Shown here: one piece after another, positions 11,867 to 25,374 of the stretch
Layout of the letters: each line of letters opens with the position of its first letter
How positions within the stretch are numbered: position 1 is the first letter of the stretch
Assembly: GCF_006345805.1 (NCBI RefSeq)
Contig: NC_043010.1
Location: forward strand, 67,704,001-67,768,000
Direction: 5' to 3'
DNA length: 64,000 nucleotides
Origin: Octopus sinensis
Lineage: Eukaryota
Notes under the pieces: model-generated
Databases searched by the model: none
What the model was told of the DNA's origin: nothing
Seen by the model: only the letters and a program-made list of their open reading frames with translations
Translations under genes and position numbers: made by a program

Positions 11867-12339
11867 GTAAGTTATTTATTTTTTTGTAGATCATGTCTAT
11901 CCATCCATATCTCTGACCCTCTCTCCCTCTCAAAACCTCTACATGGGTGTATAAAAGATAAGCTCTAATTCAAAAAGAAACCAGACACCTTTGACTTTAC
12001 CTTATCATTTCAGTTGTCCCACTGTTCAGTTGTCTCGCAGTTCTAGATTCTCTTGTATATTATACACATATCTTTTATCTATTTCTTTACTGCCCACAAG
12101 GGGCTACACACAGAGAGGTCAAACAAGGACAGACAAAGGGATTAAGTCAATTATATTGATCCCAGTGCATAACTGATACTTATTTAATCGAATCCGAAAG
12201 TCGACCTCGGCGGAATTTGTACTCAGAACGTAACTTTATTATTTTCTGAAACAAAGATTATACAGAGTTAGCAAAAAATGCAGCAATGACCCAAAAAGGG
12301 TATGTCCTCAAATACCTTACACACCCTCTATTTATATAT

Positions 12340-12625
12340 CACGTGATCACAAGACCGACCAGACCATCAGATGTTACACATCGCTGGTCACAATGCGTTC
12401 GCATTGTTTTAGCCTTCGAATGACGCCACCCCGCTGGCTAAGCGAGCAGGCCAACAGAAGAAAGAGTGGTGAAAGAGTACAGCAGGGATCACTACCCCCT
12501 GCCGGAGCCTCGTGGAGCTTTTAGGTGTTTTTGCTCAATAAACACTCACAACGCCCGGTCTGGGAATCAAAACCGCGATCCTGCGACCGCGAGTCCGCTG
12601 CCCTAACCACTAGGCCATTGCGCCT
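12340..12625 (-). mobile_element. tRNA-headed SINE (AGGCGCAATGGCCTAGTGG head)
   Basis: A and B boxes; head shared with 10821-11116 and 57611-57975. Confidence 0.8.
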
Positions 12626-12757
12626 ATATATTTATATATATTAATATATAATTAATTAAGGATAAAACCATTGAATGATTCTATCAAGTGGCCAGCATGT
12701 TAACTCCATTTAGGAAAATATTTATACTGATATATAATTATATAGATATAATTACGA

Positions 12758-13262
12758 TACAAAGGTGTGGGTAAGCACAGCAACAATACTTGAAACGGAT
12801 GCTAAGAGCTCTGTAGACCATCTATTATTTTATTCTGTTAGCACAGGTTGAAAACAGGCTAGAAATCTGATTGATTCACTAGCCTGCTTTCAGCCTGTGC
12901 TAACAGAGTAAAATAATAGGTGGTTTATAGAGCTTTTGTGGAGACGCGTGGCTTCGTGGTTAGGGTGTCAGCATCATGATTGTAAGATTGTGGTTTCGAT
13001 TCCTGGACCGGGCGACGCGTTGTGTTCTTGAGCAAAACACTTCATTTCACATTGCTCCAGTCCACTCAGCTGGCAAAAATGAGCAACACTGCGATGGACT
13101 GGCGTCCCATCCAGCTGGAGAACATATACGCCATAGAAACCGGGAAACTGGGCCCATGAGCCTGGCTAGGCTTTAAATGGGCGCATTTATTATTTTTTTT
13201 TTTTTATAGGGCTTTTAGCATCTATTTCAAGCATTGTCAGTGTGCTTATCGACACCCTCGTA
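12758..13262. mobile_element. Mariner-type foldback MITE with a SINE (12938-13201) inserted
   Basis: Long inverted arms ending TACGAGGGTG-like; the SINE is flanked by TSD tttatag(a/g)gctttt. Confidence 0.7.
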
Positions 13263-13297
13263 CTATAATTATATATCAGTACGTGAGTCTATGTTTG

Positions 13298-13335
<38 letters not shown>

Positions 13336-13680
13336 ATGTAGCTACTGTGTATAATACTTTTTTTCTCTTGTTCAAGGAAAAATATAATTGAGTGATTTCT
13401 ATAATGTTGACTTTACAACAGACTCACTTACCAACATCAGTAAAGCTCAAAATTCACTTTTTAACTTAACTTTTTGTTTCATTTAGTAATATGGAAACTT
13501 TTTCGGTGTAGTTTACATAGCAATTATAACAAATCAGACTAAGCGCATTTTCCCTCTTACATCAAAGCACTAAAATATTGTCCACATTAAACACGAGTTT
13601 TTGTAAAACTTCATCATTCATAAGTACATGTATGTGTGGTATACAAGTGCATGTTACATATTACTATATATTATTTAATA

Positions 13681-13822
13681 CATATAAAAGGGATGACCTG
13701 TAAGTGGACATCCATTATGCTAGAAGAAGATCTGCTATGGTCTTACCACTTTCTTAGTGGTTAGACCATAGCGGATCTTCTAGCATAATGGATGTCCACT
13801 TACAGGTCATCCCTCTTATATG
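13681..13822. repeat. Near-perfect 142-nt inverted repeat (hairpin/MITE)
   Basis: Arms gggatgacctgtaagtggacatccattatgctagaaga.. and its reverse complement, 5-nt loop. Confidence 0.9.
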
Positions 13823-13884
13823 TATGTAATATAATTTTTTTCTGAAACTTCAGATTTTTAAATATGCTAGACCACAGGTTTTAA

Positions 13885-14104
13885 CCCTTTAGTATTCAAA
13901 TGACTCTGTTAAATGTAATATTTTTTTACTCAAATTGGTTTGAATTAATCAAGCATTATCTTATAGCTTTGGGGTTTCAATGATGTGATTGTTTATTTTT
14001 AGAATGTCAATGTAGGTTAGGTGTGAGAAACCAGATATGGCCAGTTTGAATATAAAACATACAGAATATTTGGGCCGGATATGGCCAGTTTAAACACTAA
14101 ATGG
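13885..14104. mobile_element. TTAA-flanked MITE family 2 (piggyBac-like termini)
   Basis: TTAA|CCCTTTAG..|TTAA; related copies at 24218-24415, 44292-44513, 59995-60215 and 60745-60921. Confidence 0.75.
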
Positions 14105-14146
14105 TTAAATTGATATTAATCGAATTAGTATTCAATTTTTCACCCT

Positions 14147-14776
14147 TACTCTCTTACTCTTTTACTTGTTTCAGTCATTTGACTGCGGCCATGCTGGAGC
14201 ACCGCCTTTAGTCGAGCAAATCGACCCCGGGACTTATTCATTGTAAGCCCAGTACTTATTCTATCGGTCTCTTTTGCCAAACTGCTAAGTGACAGGGACG
14301 TAAACACACCAGCATCGGTTGTCAAGCAATGCTAGGGGAACAAACACAGACACACAAACATATACACACACACTTATATACATATATACGACAGGCTTCT
14401 TTCAGTTTCCATCTACCAAATCCACTCACAAGGCATTGGTCGGCCCCGGGGCTATAGCAGAAGACATTTGTCCAAGATGCCATGCAGTGGGACTGAATCC
14501 GGAACCATGTGGTTGGTAGACAAGCTACTTACCACACAGCCACTCCTGCGCCTATATACTCTTTACTCTTTTACTCTTTTCAGTCATTTGACTGCGGCCA
14601 TGCTCGAGCACCGCCTTTAATCGAGCAACTCGACCCCGGGACTTATTCTTTTGTAAGCCCAGTACTTATTCTATCGGTCTCTTTTGCCGAACCGCTAAGT
14701 AACGGGGACATAAACACACCAGCATCGGTTGTCAAGCAATGCTAGGGGGACAAACACAGACACACAAACACACACA

Positions 14777-14834
<58 letters not shown>

Positions 14835-15245
14835 ATATATATACATATATACGACAGGCTTCTTTCAGTTTCTGTCTACAAAATCCACTCACAAGGCATT
14901 GGTCGGCCCCGGGGCTATAGCAGAAGACACTTGCCCAAGATGCCACGCAGTGGGACTGAACCCGGAACCATGTGGTTGGTTAGCAAGCTACTTACCACAC
15001 AGCCACTCCTGCGCCTATATACTCTTTACTCTTTTACTTGTTTCAGTCATTTGACTGCGGCCATGCTGGAGCACCGCCTTTAATCGAGCAACTCGACCCC
15101 GGGACTTATTCTTTTGTAAGCCCAGTACTTATTCTATCGGTCTCTTTTGCCGAACCGCTAAGTAACGGGGACATAAACACACCAGCATCGCTTGTCAAGC
15201 AATGCTAGGGGGACAAACACAGACACACAAACATATACACACACA

Positions 15246-15319
<74 letters not shown>

Positions 15320-15488
15320 TACGACAGGCTTCTTTCAGTTTCCGTCTACAAAATCCACTCACAAGGCATTGGTCGGCCCCGGGGCTATAGCAGAAGACAC
15401 TTGCCCAAGATGCCACGCAGTGGGACTGAACCCGGAACCATGTGGTTGGTTAGCAAGCTACTTACCACACAGCCACTCCTGCGCCTAT
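14147..15488 (-). mobile_element. Three head-to-tail copies of SINE family A
   Basis: Units approximately 14147-14555, 14557-15018 and 15020-15488. Confidence 0.9.
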
Positions 15489-15571
15489 ATATTATTATTT
15501 AATTATTATTATTATTATTTAATATGTATTATATTATATTATATTTTTCTTTTCTTTTCCTTTATCCACAG

Positions 15572-15661
15572 GAACATGCCTTTGAAACGAGCCAAAAATA
15601 CAAAGAAGGCAAGTTCATTATTGAGTTGGCCCACATGATTAAAGACAATGGCTGGGAGTGA
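15572..15661 (+). CDS. YPEL1: Yippee-like protein, last coding exon
   Basis: Acceptor tttatccacag|; encodes [29 protein letters not shown] then TGA. Joined CDS is 348 nt = 115 aa plus stop. Confidence 0.96.
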   Translation, partial: EHAFETSQKYKEGKFIIELAHMIKDNGWE

Positions 15662-16038
15662 AGTTAGACATTTCTGATGGGCACGGCAGAGGTGATGCAT
15701 GGCTTGTTCCTCTGCCAAACCACTACAGCAGGAACTTTTTGAAGGAGAGGAAGGAAGAGGGAGGGGAGAAAAAAAAAATTTTTCATACCACCACTCCTAA
15801 AAAAAAAAAAAAAAAAATTATTTAAACGATATATAAAATAAATAAATAAATAAATAAATAAATAAGAGTGACAGAAAGAAAGAAAGAAAGAAAAGAAAAC
15901 GGAATCCATTTGCTAATTATTCTGTTTTTAATTGCTTGTTTTTTTTTTCTCTCTTTTCTCATCTTTCTTTTCCCCATCATTTCATTACAGTCTCTTCTCT
16001 CTCTCTCCTCATCTCTATTCATATCTTGTCTGTCTGTT

Positions 16039-16079
<41 letters not shown>

Positions 16080-17425
16080 TTTTTTCCTTTCACTCTTTGT
16101 CTATATATATATATATATATATGTCTTTCTCTCTGTGTCTTTCATGTGTACATCACACACTCACACACATATAACGGACATGCATGCTTGCCCATACCTC
16201 CCAATGCATTTTATTGCAACCAACAGTCCCTTTCTCAAAGCTTCTGTTCTTTCTTTTCTCCCCTTTTCTTTTTTCCCCTTTCTCTTGCTTTCATGACCCT
16301 TTATGTTGTCCCCAAACAGAAGCTTAATTGCTTTCAATTTATTATTCTTATTATCATCATTATTATTATTATAGTGCTCAATAAAATGAGTACCAGTAAA
16401 CTACTGGGGGGTGGCCAATATACACCCTCCCACCTTCTCCTTCCCCTCCCCAATTTTCTTTTTGTTTTGGCTTTGTGCCAAAGTTCTTCAATGTCCATTT
16501 CTTTGTTACTACCACAACAACTACTACTACTACTATTTATATGTAATCATCAGCTGTTTATGCCTTATTTGTAATTGGGGTTACATACTACATCCAGCGT
16601 CACACCACAATGCACCTCACCACTCCATATCGTGCCACAGCAGCACACCACACCACAACACAACCACACGACAACACACCATTTCACCATCACTTTTGTC
16701 CTCATCTCACTGCTTTCGTGTCACCATCAAACACATACAACCTCACACACACACACACCACACACACTGTTACTACTACATCAAACTATCAGCCCCTCCT
16801 CTCTCTCTCTCTTTGAACAACTTCTCTCACAAACCACCAACGACATCACATCGTCAGCATCAAAACACACAGCAAAAGCGAAAACAACAGCCGCTGCCAC
16901 CACCACAACAAAGACAACATCAACAACTACAACAACAAAAATAATTATCCAATGATCTCGTTTTTAACTATGCTGTCTGGGTTTTTAATATTTTTTTTTG
17001 TAATTGTATTTCTCCTTCATTTTTTTTTCTTGTGGGGTAATGGGCCTTCGCATTAGTACCTTATATATTTTTTCTTAACTACCATCATAGTCAACATCAT
17101 CATCATCGCCTTCATTATTATTATTATTATTATTAATATTATTATTGTTATTATTATTGGGTAGTAGCAGATTGGCCGAATCGTTGGAGAGTCAAGGTTG
17201 AAAATGCTTTGCTGTGTTTGTTTGGGCCCCCCCCCCCCCCTTATATTTTGCTTTTCGAATGCCACCAAGATTAACTTTGCACTTCAGCCTTTCGCGGCCG
17301 GATGGACGGGGCATGGGGGTGGGCGATAAAATAAAGTACCAGTCAAGTATTGTTGGAAGGGAGGGAGAGGGTGTCAGTGTAATCAAACTGTTCCCCTCCC
17401 TTCAAAACTTCCTAAATCAGAAACC

Positions 17426-17472
<47 letters not shown>

Positions 17473-19723
17473 GGCTGCAAGCTGGCTGAATCGTTAGAGC
17501 ATTGGACAAAATGCTTAGCAGCATTTCTTCCAACCTTTACATTCTGAGTTCAAATACTGCCGATGTCAGCTTCACTTTTTCATCCTTTCAGGGGGTCGCT
17601 AAAATGAGTACCATTTGAGCACTGGGGTCGATATAATCGACGAACCCTTTCCCCCAATATTTCAGGCCTTGTGCCTATAGTAGAAAGGATTATTATTATT
17701 ATTTTTTTTTTTTGGTCATCATCATCATCATCATCATCGTCAATATAGTTTATTATTGTCATCATTATTACAACTATCAACATTATCATTACAATGAACT
17801 TGCTTAATTATCTGACCATATTTTGTGTGGTTGGTGGTAATTAATTAATGATGTATCCTAGCAACAATAATAACACATTCGCACCCACTCACCCACCCAC
17901 CCACCCCCACAGACACTCACATACAGGAGATCCTTTACAATATAGTTAAAAAAAAAACAAATACAATGATAAAAAAAAGAAAAACAACTACACAAAATAT
18001 GATAAAAAAAAAAACAATCTCACATTTTATTTTTCATGAATTTAATTATTTTTTGTAATTTTTTTCTGACCATTGATTTTTAAAAAAATTTTTTTTTGTT
18101 TCCGAGACAGAAAAACAAAATTTATTTAACAGTGAAAAATAAAACATTTTTCTTCCTTTCTCTCTTTTTTTAAAAAAAAATAATAATAATTAAAACAATG
18201 TTTTATTAAAATAAAAATAAAAGTTTACTTTTTTTTTTAAAAAAAAAAACATATATATAATGACAAAAAAAACTGCAGTAATAAAAGTCTTTTTTTTTTC
18301 TTTGTGTTTATAGTGGGACTTTTTGTGTATTTTTTAATTGCTAAATTTTAACTTATTTTCATGTTATTTTTTATTTACCTTCATATATATATATATATAT
18401 ATATACATGTGTGTGTGTATGTATGTACGTATACATGTTTGTATGTATATATATGTTTATATATATATTTATATATATATATATAATATATATATATATC
18501 TGTGATTTTTGTTGAGGGGTGGGGATGTCTGTTTTCTCTCATATTAAGTTTATGTTTCTCTTTGAGTTAGATAGATAATCTCTGGATTAACTTATCTGTA
18601 ATATCCGCATTGCTTTATAAGCATTGCTTAACTTGCCGAAAAGTTCAGTCTTTCTTCTCTTTCTTTTTCTCATCATCTCTATCTACCTATGTCTGTCTAG
18701 CTATTCATCTGTCTATCTCTTCCATTTTCACTTTCACTTTCTCTCTTCTCTTCTCTCTCTCGGTCAGTCTGTCCAGTGGTTAAGCGAGACATTTTGCTGC
18801 CAATAGCTCCAGCACAACTCTTCTCTCGTGCCAGAATTGATCTACAAGTGACATTTACACATTTGTAAGAAAGCATCTGTCAATACCTCCGTGCTTAGGG
18901 TAGTAACAAAAGGAGAAGAAAAAAAAAATGAAGAAAACTTTTTGTTTTGTTTTTTTTTAAACTTTCGATGCTACTGTTGCTGCTCCTGGGCCTGCCAGCT
19001 CTCCATCATTGCTAGTTGATGCTGCTATGCTAAAACCAGTTGCAGTAGAAATTGCTTGGTCAACTTTAGCCTATTTGCTGTCCTGCTCAATTTAATTTTT
19101 ATTTTATTTTTTTTTTTTAAAGAGAGCCTGGAAGCTACACTTACCAATATGGTTGTTGTTATTTAGCCCCAGGTCAGCCTGTGATTAGGCAGGCCTATGT
19201 ATGATCAAAGGTGTTCCAGCTGTGACAAACACCCTCTGTCTTTTTGTATATTTGAAAAGGTAAAAAAAAAACCTACGTTTTTCCATTGTCTCTCCTTCCT
19301 TTGTTGAGATAGTAGGGTGCGATTTGAGGGACTTTGGCTTCTGTTTCTAGCAGGATGAACTACTGCCTAGAAGCTGCCTCAATAGTGGGCTGGATTTTTC
19401 AGAAAGAAATGGTTTTTATTGAAATTTGTTTTTTTTTTTAAAACAGATTAATCGACAGTTTTTTTTTTTTTTATTTTTGTTAAATGTGATTGTGGTTCAC
19501 AAGTTGTTTAATTCTTATATTTTTCAACACCACAAATTGCCCTTCCATGTTCGGTTTACCATTTCAGTAAAGACGGACACTGCTTGCTGGTTTCTCGAGT
19601 CAGAATCAGTCAATCACCAATTTTTGTTCACTGTTTATTCTACAAGGGTGATTTCTTTGACTTGGCAATCTGGTGTCTCTGCTCTTTCTTATTTTTATTT
19701 CACACACACACATTATATATATA

Positions 19724-19754
<31 letters not shown>

Positions 19755-20144
19755 ATATATTATATATATATATATATATATAAATCATTACATTTGCCAC
19801 CTGATCATAGCATTAAGTGACAACTTTCCAATACAACTTCGATTGAGAGGCAATACACTATTTTAGTAATTTTTAAGCACATTTTTTTTTCCTTCACAAC
19901 AGATATAAAAAAATATATTATTGTCAGATTTTTTTTTTTGTGAAAATTTTTTTAACATTTTTTTTTTCAATAAAAATGTCTTGCAGCTGTATCTTCATTG
20001 TTTTTTTTCTTTGTTTCCTCTTTCAAAAACTTTAGGGTTTTTTTTTCTACTCCAACAAGCCCCAACTGAGATGCATATAGCTGTATATCTCAATGCTCCT
20101 CCAGGAATTTCTGTGTGCCTTCATTAGTTGTGGCAAATTCTCAA

Positions 20145-20645
20145 TTTCTATTTCTTTATTGCCCACAAGGGGTTAAACACAGAGAGGACAGACAAACGGA
20201 TTAAGTCAATTATATCGACCCTAGTGCGTAACTGGTACTTATTTAATCAACCCCGAAAGGATGAAAGGCAAAGTCGACCTCGGCAGAATTTGAACTCAGA
20301 ACTTAAAGACAGACGAAATACCTATTTCTTTACTACCCTCAAGGGGCTAAACATAGAGGAGACAAACAAGGACAGACAACGGGATTAAGTCAATTATATC
20401 GACCCCAGTGCATAAGTGGTACTTATTTAATCGACCCCGAAAGGATGAAAGGCAAAGTCGACCTCGGTGGAATTTGAACTCAACGTAACGGCAGACGAAA
20501 TACCCATTTCTTTACTACCCACAAGGGACTAAACACAGAGAGGACAGACAAACAGATTAAGTTGATTACATTGACCCCAATGCGCAGACGAAATACGGCT
20601 ACGCATTTCGCCCGGCATGCTAACGTTTCTGCCAGCTTGCCGCCT
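20145..20645 (-). mobile_element. Concatemer of SINE family B (GGCGGCGAGCTGGCAGAAAC head, AAAGAAATAAG tail)
   Basis: Three units carrying GTCGACTTTGCCTTTCATCCTTTCGGGGTCGAT. Confidence 0.85.
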
Positions 20646-21608
20646 TGAAATGCATATACCTGTATATCCCAGTGCTCCTCCAGGAATTTCTCTATGCCCT
20701 CATTAGTTGTGGCAAATTCTCAATTTCATGTTACATGTATCTACTCACCCCTATTCTCTGACACATCATCACCACCATCCTTATTTCTCTTTCCATCTCC
20801 ACTTTGATGATTCTCGCTCACTCTTGTATAATAATAAATAATAATAATAAAAGTATTGTATACAGTGCTCAGGTGCACCACAACTTGTCAGAAAGTGCAT
20901 ATAAAGTATATGCAGTAATGTACAAATGTCTGGAAAGCGAACAATGTATGAGTCAGATACATGCTTGTGTGTGTATGGAGGGGAGAAAATCAAGTGTAGT
21001 GTTGGCAAATCTCAGAAAGCATGGAAGTTTTGAAGGATGCAGTGCTCTAACAACTGATGCCGGCAGTTTGTTCCATGTTTCAGCAACTCTCAGCGTGAAA
21101 AAATAATGTGGGCACTATATTTTAAACCTGTGGTATAGACACTCACACATCATCCCTTATCTTTCCAAACCTTCCTATACTTCACACAGAGTTTTTGGTA
21201 TATAAGTTGACCTGCCCTTTTAGGCTGTAAATTTTGGTTTGAAAATTTCAACTTGCATGCAGAAGTCATGTAGCTTCTCTATAGCAAGAAACTTATTCTG
21301 GTCCCAGTATGGTCATGAGTTCAATCCCTGGTGACAGTCTGTCCTTGAGCAAGACACTTTATTCCACATTGTTCCAGTCCACTCAGCTGGCAAAAATGAG
21401 TAGTACCTGTATTTCAAAGAGCCATCCTTGTCACATTCTGTGTCGTGCTGAATCTCCCCGAGAACTGCATTCAGGGTACATGTGTCTGGGGTACTCAGCC
21501 ACATGCACATTAATTTCAAGAGTAGGCTGTTCCATTGTTCAGATCTGCTGGGACCCTTATCATAATAACTGATAGAGTGTCATTCTGGTCCCTTCTTTAA
21601 TACTTTAA

Positions 21609-21830
21609 CCCTTTTGAGACCAACCCAGCTGAAACTGTTTCTGGCTCTGTAGTACAAATGCCTTGTTTTCATAAGTTTTGAATTAAAATCTTCCACCAAG
21701 CCTTAGCCACAATTTATGTTCCTAACTCTAGCTTAATGATAACTAAGTTATTTTACTAAATTCTTTGTTATATTTAAAATTAATTGAAAGAAACACAGAG
21801 CATCTCAAAATAAATATGGTAACGAAAGGG
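21609..21830. mobile_element. Solo TTAA-flanked MITE family 1
   Basis: TTAA at 21605-21608 and 21831-21834, CCCTTT..AAAGGG termini; reverse orientation to the array at 47.7-49.4 kb. Confidence 0.88.
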
Positions 21831-23094
21831 TTAAACCTCTCATCACCTACCAGAAATCCACCTCCTTCACTAGCACTGATGCTGCAAAAAAATAATTAAA
21901 TAAAAAGCATCCAGTACAGTTTGTAAAGTAATCTGCATCAGGAAGAGTACCCATCTGTAGAAACCATCTCGAAGCAGACAATGATGTATGCTGCAATCTT
22001 CAGATTCACTGAATATTATTACCCTGTCCAAATGATGCCACCAACATGGAAAATGGTCCTTAAAAAAAGACCTGATATTTCTGCTGGTAACATCAGTACA
22101 GCTGAGTGACCCTCATTTTCTATAAGGATGCTGACCCCCCACCCCCACCAAAAAAATAATAACTTCTGAGATGCAGGTGTGGCTGTGTGGTAAGAAACTT
22201 GCTTCCCATCCTCATGGTTCTGGATTCAGTCCCACTGCATGGCACCTTAGGTAAGTGTCTTCTACTATAACCTCGGGCCAACCAAAGCCTTGTGAGTGGA
22301 TTTGGTAGAATGAAGCCCGTCAGATATATGTGTGTTTGTCCTTTCATCACTGCTTAACAACCAGTATTGGTGTGTTTACATCCCTGTAAGTTAGCATTTC
22401 GGTGAAAGAGACCAATTGAATAAGTACTAGGCTTTGAAAAAAATAAACCTGAGGTCAATTTGTTCAACTAAAACCCTTCATGGCAGCAGTCAAAGGACTG
22501 AAACAAGTAAAAGAATATGATAAAATATAACATCACTGCAAAAGCAACGACCAGTAAAGCCCACCCTATGTTGAGCAATGAAACAAGTAAAAGAATAAAA
22601 AAAAAAAACTATGCCATTTTAATCCCGAGCAACGCCGGATATCTCTGCTAGTCTTAATTAAAACTTTTCATCAAACTTTCATGTTGCAAACTTCAGTTTA
22701 CAAACAACAAAGCTTCTTAAATAGATCCTTCGTTATTGTCAAGATTAATTGAAACAATAGCAGAGTAATTTAACAAAAATTAGGCAACAAAAGAGTGAGA
22801 TGCTGGACCTTTGAGATGAGATGATAATAATAATAAGATGAGAAGATGATAATAATAATAAGATATATTTTTACGTGCCGGTGGCACTTAAAAAGCACCC
22901 ACTACACTCTCGGAGTTGTTGACGTTAGGAAGGGCATCCAGCTGTAGAAACTCTGCCAAATCAAGATTGGAGCCTGGTGCAGCCATCTGGTTCGCCAGCC
23001 CTCAGTCAAAATCGTCCAACCCATGCTAGCATGGAAAGTGGATGTTAAACGATGATGATGATGAATGTGTCAGAGAAATATAGTGCTTGTGGGA

Positions 23095-23530
23095 CTTAGA
23101 TAGAGACAGTGGCACACATTATGACAGCATGTCCCAAGTTGGCACAGGAAGAATATAAGAAATGGAGGCATGACCAGATTGTAAAAGTTATACACTGGAA
23201 ACTGTGCCAGAAACAGGGATTTGATGCTGGAAACACATGGTACAATCACCAAGTTGAAAGAGTACTGGTGTCTGGGGCATTGGGAACAGTAAGCAAAGAA
23301 TATAGACAAACGGCTGAAGGAGATTGAAATAGAATGCCTGGTAGAGCTCTTACAGGAAGTTTGTCTCTTAGGGACAGCAAGGACTATCAGGAGGGTCCTG
23401 AACACTTGAAAGACTGCCGAAAACTTTTGGGTACCTAAGGTTATACAAGTAGTAACCCGCTATCCACATAAGTCCTAACAGGAATAAAACCAAGCGTGAA
23501 CCAAATCAAAATAATAATAATAATAACAAT
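23095..23530 (+). mobile_element. R4/Dong-clade non-LTR retrotransposon 3' fragment, internally deleted
   Basis: ETVAHIMTACPKLAQEEYKKWRHDQIVKVIHWKLC zinc-knuckle region, GALGTVSK and CLLGTARTIRRVL motifs, (AAT)n tail. Confidence 0.75.
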
Positions 23531-23799
23531 AATGATGATATATATATATATATATATAAATAACTTACTTGGAGAAGAAGAAGACAACGATGCGTGCAAT
23601 AAAGGATTGAGGTGACTCCTCCTAAAGATATAGAGTCAAAATTAAAAGACGAGTGCTATTGTTATCTAGTGAACGATATTTCGACATCTTGTGTGTCTTC
23701 AACTGGTTCAAAAAATAATTCTGTCAATCTACTTCATTTTGGTTAATATATAAGTTTGACTATATCTTCAGGAGGAGTTACCTCCATCCTTTATATATA

Positions 23800-24030
23800 T
23801 TAACCAAAATGAAGTAGATTGACAAATTTATTTTTTGAACTACCTTGTCATGTCTGCACTTGTACTCCTTCTGCACAAGATTTCCACAAGTACTAACAAT
23901 GTGAGCCACACTTCCGACCCTCTTCCCACACATTTTGCTGAGGTTCATTGAACTTGTATGGTATATATATCTCTTCACTGAGTTGGTATTCAATGCCTGA
24001 TCCTGGACAGTGATTATTATTATTATTTTA
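23800..24030 (-). mobile_element. Second R4/Dong-clade fragment
   Basis: QDQALNTNSVK..MCGKRVGSVAHIVSTCGNLVQKEYKCRHDKV. Confidence 0.7.
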
Positions 24031-24569
24031 ATATTTTTGCATTTATAATTAGTCAATCAGTAGTGACATCAACAAAGTGAAGCATATTGTGTTTTTCTTT
24101 GTGTGTGTTTCTTTATGTGGGTGTTTAGAGCTAATCATTAAAATAAACTTGCCTAACATATGGTATTGATTCATTCATTGTTTAAGTTTCTCATTTCTCA
24201 TTTTCTTGTTGGTTTAACCCTTTTGGCATTTAGATTACTCTGTCAAATGTAACGTTTATTGAATCAAATTGCTTTGAATTATACAAGCATTATCTCTCAG
24301 CTTCAAGATTTCAATGACGTGACTGTTAATTTTTAGAATTACACAGTAAGGTTGGAGTCAGTTTAAACAGAAAAACAAGTAGAATATTTTAACTGGATAC
24401 GGCCAGTTTAAATGCTCTTTATATCATCAGGAAAATAGCATAGATCGAAACTTGTAGCTTTAAACATATGGCTTATGTGAATTAGAAAAAAAGTCAAAAT
24501 CAAAATCAAGCTGTTTCTAACGATAAATATGATTAGGTTCACAATATTATATATGTGTATATATGGTGG

Positions 24570-25118
24570 CTGCCCCCTCGTTATCGAGTATGGCCATTGC
24601 ACGAAGCTTAATCAATTTTGTTATCATGCAATGCCTGTGCAAAAATATTTTTTTTTAAAGTGAGGAAAGGCTGTGCACTGAGTCAATCCCACTCACTAAG
24701 CAACAGCAGCCATAATCCGAAAAGAAGAACAAGTCAACATCATCAGTAACCACTGAGCCACAGGTTTTATGTCGGAGTTATCCCAGTTACCTGAGTTACC
24801 TTCTCCTAGAAGGATGCCCTAACAAAGGCTAGGAGTCCTTTACTCCCAATGGTTTAACCGCACGATCGGGCATTCAGTCCGATTATTTCTATGTCCCCGC
24901 GCATGATACAGCCTTAAGACATTTATTGGATGGCCGTTGACTCTCAAGAGTTCCTCCGCTCTTTGACGGGTTTTGTTTTTTATCCCGCAGGGTGTCCAAT
25001 AAACACCCTCCTCACCAAGCAAGCTTGGTGGGGTTGCCAGTTTAGTCGCCGATGACCCGACCATGCAACAGGTTATACTGGGTTACATGTTACCAGTAGC
25101 ACTCGAATTTGACCTGAC
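24570..25118 (-). mobile_element. Structured retrotransposon-leader-like fragment
   Basis: GGCGACTAAACTGGCAACCCC and GGGCATCCTTCTAGGAGAAGGTAACTC motifs recalled from RTE-type 5' UTRs; several hairpins. Confidence 0.45.
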
Positions 25119-25144
25119 ATATATACATGTGTGCATATATATAT

Positions 25145-25374
25145 ATTTCTTTACTACCCACAAGGGGCTAAACACAGAGGGGACAAACAAGGACAGACAA
25201 AGGGATTAAGTCGACTACATCGACCCCAGTGCGTAACTGGTACTTAATTTATCGACCCCGAAAGGATGAAAGGCAAAGTCGACCTCGGCGGAATTTGAAC
25301 TCGGAACGTAACGACAGACGAAATACGGCTACGAATTTCGCCCGGCGTGCTAACGTTTCTACCAGCTCGCCGCC
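25145..25374 (-). mobile_element. Full-length SINE family B
   Basis: Complete head to tail. Other copies at 36414-36638, 41454-41905, 51378-51612, 61345-61578 and 63497-63925. Confidence 0.88.

Noticed and set aside
12940-13015. SINE heads as tRNA genes
   Set aside because: A and B boxes are present, but there is no convincing cloverleaf and each continues into a SINE body.
15868-16955. Overlapping low-complexity ORFs after the YPEL stop
   Set aside because: CT, CAC and CAA microsatellites in the probable 3' UTR.
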